A DNA stretch of 64,000 nucleotides from Candidatus Firestoneibacteriota bacterium (GTDB lineage Bacteria > Oederibacteriota > Muellerivitia > Muellerivitales > Muellerivitaceae): the NCBI GenBank assembly GCA_013286205.1, contig JABDGD010000005.1:15003-79002 (forward strand), written 5' to 3'. A model generated the notes under the pieces. It was given only the letters and a program-made list of their open reading frames with translations, was not told the DNA's origin and made no database searches. Position numbers and translations under genes: made by a program. Shown piece by piece: positions 54,036-63,004 of this stretch; within the stretch, counting starts at the first letter, position 1, and every line of letters begins with the position of its first letter.

Positions 54036-54989
54036 ATGATGAAACGTTTTTTGGTTTTCATCCTTCTGTTTTTGGTGACAGGTTTTACTCTGGGCCAAGA
54101 CATGCCGCCCCTGCCTTCGGACGCGCCAGCTTCCGCCGCTCCCGCTAAAGATTCAGGAATGCCCGCTTTGCCCGACGCGGGTGCTCCCGCCGCCGCTCCG
54201 GCCGCCTCTAACGATATGCCAGCTTTGCCTGATGCCGGTGCCGCTCCGGCCAAAGCCGCCGCGAGTGATATGCCGGCTCTGCCGGACGCGGGCGCTGCTC
54301 CCGCTAAAGCCGCAGGCAATGATATGCCCGCTCTTCCTGACGCTAGTGGTGCCGCTCCGGCGAAGGCAGCTCCAGCCGCTTCCAGCGATATGCCCGCTCT
54401 GCCTGATGCCGCGCCCGCTAAAGCGGAAGCACCCACGACTGCACCATCGCCGACTGATTCGGACATGAACGCGGTTCCGATTGATAATGGTTCAAATCAA
54501 GCCGCCGCTAAGCCGAAGGCCGAAAGCCAACCCTGGAAAGCTTCTAAAGTCCGCCCTAACGCTATTTTTGGCGGATGGATCAGGGCTAAGGGCGGCAACA
54601 TTACCTCTAAGTTATCCTGGGCTTCTCAACAGGCTTTAAACGCTTTGGACGCCAAAAAATACAAGATGCTGCATGAAGAAGGCGTTTACGACGGAGAACA
54701 AAATAAGGGCCCTCAATTCCGCAAATTTACCTTTGAGGTTCCGAAGTCGAAAGATACTGTTTTTGTTTTGATGAAACAGGTCGGCAAAAAGATTTGGCTG
54801 CGGGTTGGCCCGGACGAAGAACCGGCCCCGGCGGATCATACTTACGCTCAGGTGGCCAAGATCAGCGCCCAGAGCCAGGCGGTTTTGAAGATTTTGAAAG
54901 CCAAGTTCGGCTCTCACATAGGCCCGCACAAAATGGTTCCCAGCTGGGACGCCAAGTTTAACCGTCAGCGTGAAAGCGCGGATGAATAA
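54036..54989 (+). CDS. Secreted protein with DMPALPDAGAAPAKAA tandem repeats and a C-terminal globular domain
   Basis: Signal peptide MMKRFLVFILLFLVTGFTLG, 6-7 repeat units, then a ~170-aa non-repetitive region. Confidence 0.55.
   Translation: MMKRFLVFILLFLVTGFTLGQDMPPLPSDAPASAAPAKDSGMPALPDAGAPAAAPAASNDMPALPDAGAAPAKAAASDMPALPDAGAAPAKAAGNDMPALPDASGAAPAKAAPAASSDMPALPDAAPAKAEAPTTAPSPTDSDMNAVPIDNGSNQAAAKPKAESQPWKASKVRPNAIFGGWIRAKGGNITSKLSWASQQALNALDAKKYKMLHEEGVYDGEQNKGPQFRKFTFEVPKSKDTVFVLMKQVGKKIWLRVGPDEEPAPADHTYAQVAKISAQSQAVLKILKAKFGSHIGPHKMVPSWDAKFNRQRESADE
54099..54480 (+). repeat. About 50-nt coding tandem repeats (DMPALPDAG-A/P/K tract)
   Basis: Read from the translation. They generate the mirror ORF 54011-54466(-). 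Confidence 0.85.
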
Positions 54990-55004
54990 GCCGGATATCC
55001 GCTA

Positions 55005-55145
55005 ATGTCCCGGCATTTTTTCGCGCTTGCTTTGTACGGCGTTGGGCTTAGCGCCATTCTTTTTTCCCTTATTCGAACCTATTACCGGGTTTGGAAAGTT
55101 AAAAAAGAAACCTCCGCTTCGGTTGTTAAAAACCATCAGAAATAA
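55005..55145 (+). CDS. Possible 46-aa single-TM peptide
   Basis: MSRHFFALALYGVGLSAILFSLIRTYYRVWKVKKE... Below the ORF-track cutoff and no clear SD. Confidence 0.2.
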   Translation: MSRHFFALALYGVGLSAILFSLIRTYYRVWKVKKETSASVVKNHQK

Positions 55146-55177
55146 GCAGCTTCAATATTTGTGACCGCGAGGGCCGC

Positions 55178-57217
55178 TTGACCAGTTTATTGCGACGGTT
55201 CATCTTGAGTTTTCTGATTTTATCCGCTCCTGCCTTTTGTTTCGCTTTAAGTCCTTTAATGCAATACAACGATTTAGTGGCGGGCGAGGGCGATCCTGGT
55301 TTTGAGGATGGCTCGTTTTATTCGGCGCAATTCAATTACCCCATGGGATTGGCCCTTAATCAGGATGGTTCGGTTCTTTATGTGGCTGACCGCGAAAATA
55401 ACCGCGTTCGAGCGGTGGATTTAAATCAAAAAAACGCTGTTCAGACCCTGGTGGGTACGGGCGAAAAAAGCGCTAAAGATGGAGCCTTTTCATCCGCGAC
55501 TTTTTTACATCCACGGGGAATCGTTTGTTTATCCAATCATCAAATCGCTGTCAGCGAAGGCAATGAGGGCGGCACGGGAGATATTCGGTTGTTGGATTTG
55601 GCCGCCCAGAAGGTGACCACGCTGGCGGGGGGGGGGACTTCGCAGGGTGATGGCGAGGGAATTAAACTTCTCATTGGCGATGTTTGGAATATGGCTTACC
55701 GCCCATCTGATAATTATATTTATTTCTCTGAGCCTAACAACCAAACCATCAAACGATTAAATTTAAAAACCGGCTGGGTCGAAACGGTTTTGAAAGACAG
55801 CGTTTTGCTGCCCCATCCGGCAGCGCTTTGTTTCGCCGGAGAGAAACTTTATGCCGCGGATCGAGATTTAGAAAAGGTTTATGAGGTGACGGGATTAGAC
55901 CCGAAACCGGGTTCCTCGGAGAGCGCGACTTCAGGAAGTAATCCGCGTCCGGCATTTACGGTGGGGCTTCAAGAGGTGGGCAAGGCTCACAAAATTCTCG
56001 CCCTGGCGGGTAATACAACCAGCCTTTACGCTTACGAAGGACAGCCGGTTTCTCAATCGCCGATTGTGAGGATTTTTCCTGATCCGGGTACCCTGACTTT
56101 TGGCTCAGTGTGGGGAGAAACAATGGCGAACGCTTCTCAGGTACTGCCGCATTTTTCGGGGGTGTCGGCTGGGTTACCAGTCGGGTTTGTTCCCGACCCC
56201 CGCTCTGAGGGTCGTTTTTATCTTTCGAACCCCGTGGGTAACATAGTGGTTTCCATGCGGGACCTGCGCTTTGGAACACTTCTGAGCGACGGCATTTCTA
56301 AAGAGTTTACCTACCCCGCGAAGAAACCTTACAACACCTATCGAATTCTATTATGCGGCCGTTCCTATTTATATTTTCAAAGCGACAAAAGTTGGGATGG
56401 CAAGGGTAAACAAAATGTCACCACTAACATCATGATGTTGGTGTCCAAAAAAATGGAATTGCTGTTGAACACTCAGGCGGCATTGGAAGATGTGCCGGTT
56501 CATTTTGAGGTTTTCAATGACGGCCGCGTCATTAATTCCATGCTCTACACCTGGCCCTATTATGAAGTGCCCCCGATCGTTAAAAAGTATGACATTGATA
56601 AGGTTGTGATCATGATGGATTCGGGCCAGTGCGATTTAGGCCAATTTTTTATGGCACCTATGACCTCTGAGGGGATTCCGGCGGAGGGATTTGATCCCGA
56701 ATTTGATTTACGCTCCAAAACCGACAAGTTTAAAACCGGCCCCTTGCACGACTTCTTCGATCTATGTCAAAAAAAGAAACTTTTAACGGTGGCCCAAGAC
56801 GGCAAGTGGTCTCTTTCTACTTTTGAAAAACTCATCGCTGATCCGGAAGTGGATGAGCGGATTAAAGATTTGATGGGGAAGCCCATGGGGTTATTGAAAA
56901 AGAAGCTGGATGACCTCAAAACCAGCTCGGGTACGGCTTGTCAGTTGGATCTTTGTTATTTTCCTCAGGGTTCTTTAACTGGGTTTCCTTACAAATCCGA
57001 AAGAAAATTTTGGAAAGAAATTTGCGCCAAAGATGAGGTTGGATTTTTAGATTTAACCGACGATTTTTTAGTGACCCGCTTAACTTATTACCCTTTTTCG
57101 GATATGGAAGGGAATGACCACTTTAGTAAAGATGGTCACACGCTTTTAGCCCATCTCTTGGCCTATGAATTGGTTAAAAACAAAATGATTCCTTTTACCC
57201 AGTCGGTTTTGAAGTAA
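55178..57217 (+). CDS. Secreted NHL-repeat beta-propeller fused to an SGNH/AlgJ-like C-terminal domain (paralogue 1)
   Basis: Signal peptide. NHL-type units (PMGLALNQDGSVLYVADRENNRVRAVDL ...). C-terminal YRILLCGRSY ... GNDHFSKDGHTLLAHLLA. Confidence 0.7.
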   Translation: MTSLLRRFILSFLILSAPAFCFALSPLMQYNDLVAGEGDPGFEDGSFYSAQFNYPMGLALNQDGSVLYVADRENNRVRAVDLNQKNAVQTLVGTGEKSAKDGAFSSATFLHPRGIVCLSNHQIAVSEGNEGGTGDIRLLDLAAQKVTTLAGGGTSQGDGEGIKLLIGDVWNMAYRPSDNYIYFSEPNNQTIKRLNLKTGWVETVLKDSVLLPHPAALCFAGEKLYAADRDLEKVYEVTGLDPKPGSSESATSGSNPRPAFTVGLQEVGKAHKILALAGNTTSLYAYEGQPVSQSPIVRIFPDPGTLTFGSVWGETMANASQVLPHFSGVSAGLPVGFVPDPRSEGRFYLSNPVGNIVVSMRDLRFGTLLSDGISKEFTYPAKKPYNTYRILLCGRSYLYFQSDKSWDGKGKQNVTTNIMMLVSKKMELLLNTQAALEDVPVHFEVFNDGRVINSMLYTWPYYEVPPIVKKYDIDKVVIMMDSGQCDLGQFFMAPMTSEGIPAEGFDPEFDLRSKTDKFKTGPLHDFFDLCQKKKLLTVAQDGKWSLSTFEKLIADPEVDERIKDLMGKPMGLLKKKLDDLKTSSGTACQLDLCYFPQGSLTGFPYKSERKFWKEICAKDEVGFLDLTDDFLVTRLTYYPFSDMEGNDHFSKDGHTLLAHLLAYELVKNKMIPFTQSVLK

Positions 57218-57271
57218 GGTAAGAGGGATTGTTTAGCTTGCCGAATGTTGAGATGTGAAAGGCCAAGACGG

Positions 57272-59272
57272 ATGAAGTTTCATTTAAAAACCCTCGTTTT
57301 AATTTTCCCCTTATTTCTGACTTCGGCATTCTCCTTTGCTTTAAGCCCCCTGGTGCAATACAACGATTTAGTGGCGGGAGAAGGCATCCGCGGTTTTGAG
57401 GATGGCGCGTTTAATGACGCCCAGTTTAACAAGCCGACGGGGTTAGCCCTGAGTGAAGATGGTTCCATTTTGTATGTGGCCGATTGGGACAATAACCGCA
57501 TTCGAACGATTGATTTGAACAATAAAAACAAGGTTCAAACCCTCGTCGGGACGGGTGAACGGGGATATAAAGACGGCCCTGTTTCTATCGCGATGTTAAC
57601 CTGCCCGCGTTGTGTGGCGGTGCTGCCTGGTAATCTTATCGCGGTGAGTGAAGGGTTTTATGGCGGCGACACGGTCCGCATTCGTTTAGTCGATTTGAAC
57701 ACCAAAACCGTCTCCACTCTGGCGGGCGGCGGGCAATCCTATGACGATGGGGATGGCCAGAAAGAACTGCTGAGTAATATCTGGAGCATGGTTTATTCGC
57801 CCTCCGACAATTGTCTTTATTTTTCTGAGCCGGAAAGCGGCCGTTTTGAACAATTTAATCTGAAAACAAAAGTAGTTAAGACGCTTCTTTTTAAGAATCC
57901 TTTGGTGCCGGCTCCAGCGGCCTTGTGTTTGTTGGGGGATATGCTTTATCTGGCCGACCGGGATTCGGGAAAAGTTTACGGCATGGCGGTGACCAGCTTA
58001 TCCAATGATGCATCCAAGAAAGCTCCGCCCATTTCATTAACTCCTGTTTGGGATAGAGGGCACTCGATTGTGGCTTTAGCGGGCTATGGATCGAGCCTCT
58101 ACGCTTATGACACCGCGCCAGTTTCAGAAACGTCCCCCGTGTCGCGCATCCTGCCGGATCCGGGGCCGCTTTCTTTTGGATCAGTTTGGGGAGAGGTGAT
58201 CTCAAAATCGTTCGCGGTTTTACCCCACTTTTCAGGAGTACAAGCGGGCACGCCGGTAGGATTTATCGCGGACAGCCGGTCGGACGGACGTTTTTTTATT
58301 ACCAATCCTGTTAATTGCGTTGTGGCTTCCTTCAGGGATTTAGGCTTTGGGAATTTGATGAGCGACGGCTTTATTACCGAATTCACCTATCCCAAAAAGA
58401 AACCCTTTAGAACTTACAGAATTTTAATGTGCGGCAGGTCTTATCTCTTTTATGAAAGCGACCGTAGATGGGATGGCGGGCAGCTGGAGGCGCCCGGTTC
58501 CAACATCATGCTGCTCATGTCGAAGAAATTGGAATTGTATTTGAATAGCATGGCCGCTCTGGAAGATGTGCCTGTTCATTTTGAGGTATTTAACGATGGC
58601 AGGGTGATTGATTCACTCTGTTATGTATGGCCTTATTACGAGACGCCAAAAAAAGTTAAAGACTACGACATTGATTTGGTGATGGTCATGATGGACGCGG
58701 GACAAACCAGCATGGGGCAGTTTGGCCAGGCACCCATGACACCCGAAGGAATTCCCCAGGAAGCGATGGATCCTGAGTACACGTTAAAGCCGGATAAGGA
58801 AAAATATAAGACGGGGCCGCTTCGGGAGTTTTTTGACCTGCTTGAAAAAAGAAAAACGGAAACAAAGGTCGCGGGCGAATGGTCGATGGAAAAATTGCTC
58901 GCTGATGATCAGCTGAAAGAGAAGATGGAGGGCCTGATGGGGCGCCCTCTGGGTTTACTTCAAAAGAAATTCGATGAAAGTAAAACCAGCTGGGGTGTGC
59001 CGCCACAAGTTTGTATCTGTTATTTTCCTCAAGGCAAATTCCCGTACAAAAGCCACAGGGCTTTTTGGAAAGAGGTCTGCGCTAAGGAAAAGCTGGCGTT
59101 TATCGACATGACCGATGATTTTAGAGCCTTCCGATATACTTACTTTCCGATTTCGGACATGCTAGGGAACGATCATTTTTCCAAAGACGGCCACACCTTT
59201 ATGGCGCAGCTTTTGGCGCATGAGCTGATTCGGGGAAAAATTATTCCGTTTAAAACGGCTGATTCACCTTAA
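57272..59272 (+). CDS. Secreted NHL-repeat beta-propeller fused to an SGNH/AlgJ-like C-terminal domain (paralogue 2)
   Basis: Collinear with 55178-57217 over its full length (ALSPLVQYNDLVAGEG.., AALEDVPVHFEVFNDGRVI, GNDHFSKDGHTFMAQLLA). Confidence 0.7.
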   Translation: MKFHLKTLVLIFPLFLTSAFSFALSPLVQYNDLVAGEGIRGFEDGAFNDAQFNKPTGLALSEDGSILYVADWDNNRIRTIDLNNKNKVQTLVGTGERGYKDGPVSIAMLTCPRCVAVLPGNLIAVSEGFYGGDTVRIRLVDLNTKTVSTLAGGGQSYDDGDGQKELLSNIWSMVYSPSDNCLYFSEPESGRFEQFNLKTKVVKTLLFKNPLVPAPAALCLLGDMLYLADRDSGKVYGMAVTSLSNDASKKAPPISLTPVWDRGHSIVALAGYGSSLYAYDTAPVSETSPVSRILPDPGPLSFGSVWGEVISKSFAVLPHFSGVQAGTPVGFIADSRSDGRFFITNPVNCVVASFRDLGFGNLMSDGFITEFTYPKKKPFRTYRILMCGRSYLFYESDRRWDGGQLEAPGSNIMLLMSKKLELYLNSMAALEDVPVHFEVFNDGRVIDSLCYVWPYYETPKKVKDYDIDLVMVMMDAGQTSMGQFGQAPMTPEGIPQEAMDPEYTLKPDKEKYKTGPLREFFDLLEKRKTETKVAGEWSMEKLLADDQLKEKMEGLMGRPLGLLQKKFDESKTSWGVPPQVCICYFPQGKFPYKSHRAFWKEVCAKEKLAFIDMTDDFRAFRYTYFPISDMLGNDHFSKDGHTFMAQLLAHELIRGKIIPFKTADSP

Positions 59273-59422
59273 GCGAGGGGCTATTACTCGCTACGTTTAG
59301 TGGTTTGAAAGCACTTGCCACACCGCCTATTGGAATGATACATTCTTGCCCTATTAAGTCCGCACCCCACACTTTTCCACACTTTTTGCGGCCTTTTTCT
59401 CACCAACATTGGAGAACCAGGC

Positions 59423-62400
59423 TTGTTCCTTAAAAAACTCGAAATTCACGGCTTTAAATCCTTCGCGGATAAAACAGAACTTCTTTTTGAACCGGGCGTT
59501 ACGGCTGTCGTCGGGCCTAACGGCTGCGGTAAAACCAACGTTTCGGACAGCGTCCGTTGGGTCATGGGTGAGCAATCCGCTAAGGGTCTGCGCGCCTCTG
59601 AAATGACTGATGTTATTTTTAACGGGACTGATACCCGCAAACCTTCCAGCATGGCTGAAGTGACTTTGGTTCTTTCTAACGAAGATAAAACCATTCCTCT
59701 GGAATTTAACGAAATTTCTATCACCCGCCGGGTTTACCGTTCGGGCGAGGCCGAGTACCTCATTAATAAGGCGCCGGCCCGTCTCAAAGATGTTAAAGAA
59801 CTTTTCATGGGAACGGGTTTGGGCACCAGTGCCTACTCCGTGATGGCCCAGGGCCAGATGGATCAAATCATTACCTCCAAGCCGGCGGAACGCCGTGCGA
59901 TCTTTGAGGAAGCCGCCGGTATCACCCGTTACAAAGCCCGCAAGGTAGAAGCTTTGCGCAAGCTAGACGCCACCGAGCAGAACCTGGTGCGCGTGGCTGA
60001 CATCATCGCTGAAATTAAACGCCAGATTTCTACCTTGGAACGTCAGGCCAAGCAGGCCGAGAAGTACCGCGAGTACAAAGAAAACCTGGGCAAGCTTCAA
60101 GTGCTCATTCATTTAGACAAAGCTTCCAAACTTAAAGGCAAGTTGAAAGACCTCAATCACAAGATGAACCAGGTGCGCGAACGTTTAGAAACCGCGCAGG
60201 GCGAAACCCACAAGTTGGAACACGATGAAAAAGCTCAGAGACATCAGCTCAATCAAATTGATGAGGAACTCACCCAGGCTCGGGAACAGGCTTACAAGAT
60301 CAGCAGCGAAGTAGAAGTCACCCAGGGCCGGGCCGAAGGCGCGCGCCGGCACAAGAGCATGTTGACTGACCAAAAACAGCGCAATGAACAGCAAGTTTCG
60401 GAAGGCTTGATCCGCATTGAACAGCTCAAGGTTTGGGTTGCCGAACGTTTGCATTTGTTGGCGAACAAAGATTCTCAAAAAGCTGAAAAAGAATCAAATA
60501 AGAATGAATTGAAAAACCAGCTGTCTTCTTTAGACGGTGACCTTTCTAACAAGAATCAAGATTTGCAAAGCAAGAGCGCGACTGCCATGGAATTGGTGAC
60601 CAAAGCCGCTCAAATGAAGGCGGAACTTGAATCCTTAAAGGCCCAAGACGAAGAGATTTCCCGCCGGGTGAACGATTTGGCCGCTCAAATCGAGAAGTTG
60701 GCCAATGAAATCACTAACGTGGATCAGCGTTTGATCCAATTACAGGATGAGAAGACCCGTTCTCAGGCCGAAGAAACCGAATTAGATGGTCAAATTCTCA
60801 AGCATCAAACGGCCTTGTCTGAAAGCGAAAGCCGCATTGAAGAACTCAACACCACTTTAAAGCAGTCCAACAATACCTTTTCCGAAGTCCGCTCCCGCTA
60901 TGGTGTCTTGGAAGAATTGCAAAACAAACTCACGGGCTATGACCCGGGCGTAAAGGTTGTTTTACAAGCCAAACAATCCGAACCCCTGATGTGGCAGGAA
61001 GTGCTGGGTGTGGTCGCTAACCTGATTTCCGTGGATCAAACCTACGAAGCGGCGGTTGAAGCCATTCTGGGAAGCCAATTGCAGTCGCTGGTGGTTCAAA
61101 ACCGCGCGACAGCTGAAAAAGTCATTAACTTCTTAAAGTCTGAGGGCCAGGGCAAGGTTTCTTTATTTGTGCTGGATGACCTGAACAAACTGCAAAACAT
61201 CGCTTTGCCGGAAGGTTTGCTGAATGAAAACGGCGTGGAAGCGTCGGTGCTTTCGCTGCTTAAATATGAACCGGCGGTCGCGCCGGTAGTGAAGTTCCTC
61301 TTTGAACAAGATGTTTTCGCCAAGGATATGGCCAGTGCGGAAGCTTTGTTGGAACGCTATCCCCGCGTGCGTTTTGTCACTAAAGAAGGAGACCGTTTAG
61401 GTCCTTTGGGCTTCATTAAAGCGGGATCTGAAATTTCGGGCGTCTCCTTGTTGGGCCGCCATCGTGAAATGACCGAGTTGGGCGAAAAGGTAAAGCAGGT
61501 CGAAATCGAAATTCAGGAATTAGAACTGACTTTGGGTGACGCTAAGAAAGCCCGTAAAGATTCGGAAGACCAGCTGTTAGCCGCTGAAAGCCGCCGTCAG
61601 CATTTGAAAATCCGTTTAGCTGAAGGCGAAAAAGAAATTACCCAAATTCACGAAACCCTGGGCCGTTTGCACGATCAAAAGGCCGCGGAAGAAATTGAAA
61701 AGGCTGAAGTGGAACGCCACTGGAGCTCGGATAAGATTCGTGTGCAAGAATTGATGGAACTGCTCAGCCAAAGCGAACAGGAACAGCATTTAACCCAGGA
61801 AGAAATCTCCGCCGCCCGCAACCAATTACAAAACTTGCAGGTTCGCAAAGACGATATCTCCAAACAGATTATGCAGGTGGAAGTCGAGATTTCCGCTATG
61901 GATGAAGTCGCTTTGAGATCCAAAGAAGAAGCTGAACGCTATCAAATGGAGCAGGACCAGTTAACTCAATCAGTTGAACAAAAACGCCAGGAAAACGCTC
62001 AGATCAATGAGCAAGAACAACAATTGTCTTTGGACCTGACCAGCCTGGAAGAAAAAGCCGGCGGCCTTTCGGAAACTAAACATAGCGCTGATGATAAAGT
62101 GAAAGTCATTTCCGAAAAGCGCGAAGTGATCGCGGCTGAAACCCACGCCTGGACGGAAAAGGTTCATCATTCCCGCGCCAAGTTTGAGGAAGTTCAAAAA
62201 GAATTACATGGTTTTGAAGTGCAAGAAGCTCAAATTAACGTCGAGTCCCGCAACATCGAAGAGAAGCTTCAGGTCGAGTATAAAGTAGATTTGGATAATC
62301 CTCCGGTCAGCCTTGAAAAAGATTTCGACGGCGAATCCGCTGAAAAAGAATCCATTGAACTTCGCGCCAAGATTGAGCGTTTAGGCTTGGTCAACATGGT

Positions 62401-63004
62401 AGCGGTTGAGGAATATGACGAACTCAATCAGCGCTTTAAGTTTTTGACTGAACAGCGCGACGATCTTTTGACCGCTAAAGACGATCTTCAAAAAGCCATT
62501 AACAAGATCAACCTGACCTCGAAAGAATTGTTCACCTCGACCTTCGCGACGGTTCAAGAAAACTTTAAAGACACCTTCCAGCGTTTGTTTGAAGGCGGCC
62601 GTGCCGAACTGATTCTGGTGGATGAAGGCGATGTGCTGGAATCGGGCATTGAGATTGTAGCCCGCCCTCCCGGCAAGCGTTTGCAGTCGGTTTCGCTGCT
62701 CTCGGGCGGTGAGAAGGCTTTGACCGCGATCGCGCTGCTGTTCGCGCTTTTCATGGTTAAGCCCAGCCCCTTCTGCCTGCTGGACGAAATTGACGCGCCT
62801 TTGGACGATGTGAACGTGAGCCGCTTTACGCACTTGCTCAAAGAGTTCAGCAAGAAGACCCAATTCATCATGATTACTCACAGCAAAGTGAGCATGGAAA
62901 CGGCGGACGTGATGTACGGCGTCACCATGCAGGAATCCGGTGTTTCCAAAATCATCTCTACTAAATTTAGAGAAAACACGCCGGAAGAATCTACTGTTTC
63001 CTAA
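59423..63004 (+). CDS. smc: Chromosome segregation protein SMC
   Basis: TTG start. Walker A GPNGCGKTN, long coiled coils, central hinge, LSGGEKALTAIALLFA signature and Walker B LLDEIDAPLD. Confidence 0.97.
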   Translation: MFLKKLEIHGFKSFADKTELLFEPGVTAVVGPNGCGKTNVSDSVRWVMGEQSAKGLRASEMTDVIFNGTDTRKPSSMAEVTLVLSNEDKTIPLEFNEISITRRVYRSGEAEYLINKAPARLKDVKELFMGTGLGTSAYSVMAQGQMDQIITSKPAERRAIFEEAAGITRYKARKVEALRKLDATEQNLVRVADIIAEIKRQISTLERQAKQAEKYREYKENLGKLQVLIHLDKASKLKGKLKDLNHKMNQVRERLETAQGETHKLEHDEKAQRHQLNQIDEELTQAREQAYKISSEVEVTQGRAEGARRHKSMLTDQKQRNEQQVSEGLIRIEQLKVWVAERLHLLANKDSQKAEKESNKNELKNQLSSLDGDLSNKNQDLQSKSATAMELVTKAAQMKAELESLKAQDEEISRRVNDLAAQIEKLANEITNVDQRLIQLQDEKTRSQAEETELDGQILKHQTALSESESRIEELNTTLKQSNNTFSEVRSRYGVLEELQNKLTGYDPGVKVVLQAKQSEPLMWQEVLGVVANLISVDQTYEAAVEAILGSQLQSLVVQNRATAEKVINFLKSEGQGKVSLFVLDDLNKLQNIALPEGLLNENGVEASVLSLLKYEPAVAPVVKFLFEQDVFAKDMASAEALLERYPRVRFVTKEGDRLGPLGFIKAGSEISGVSLLGRHREMTELGEKVKQVEIEIQELELTLGDAKKARKDSEDQLLAAESRRQHLKIRLAEGEKEITQIHETLGRLHDQKAAEEIEKAEVERHWSSDKIRVQELMELLSQSEQEQHLTQEEISAARNQLQNLQVRKDDISKQIMQVEVEISAMDEVALRSKEEAERYQMEQDQLTQSVEQKRQENAQINEQEQQLSLDLTSLEEKAGGLSETKHSADDKVKVISEKREVIAAETHAWTEKVHHSRAKFEEVQKELHGFEVQEAQINVESRNIEEKLQVEYKVDLDNPPVSLEKDFDGESAEKESIELRAKIERLGLVNMVAVEEYDELNQRFKFLTEQRDDLLTAKDDLQKAINKINLTSKELFTSTFATVQENFKDTFQRLFEGGRAELILVDEGDVLESGIEIVARPPGKRLQSVSLLSGGEKALTAIALLFALFMVKPSPFCLLDEIDAPLDDVNVSRFTHLLKEFSKKTQFIMITHSKVSMETADVMYGVTMQESGVSKIISTKFRENTPEESTVS

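Noticed and set aside
54011-54466. 151-aa Ala/Gly-rich ORF on the minus strand
   Set aside because: It is the mirror of the DMPALPDAG repeat region. The plus-strand ORF has a signal peptide and a non-repetitive C-terminal domain.
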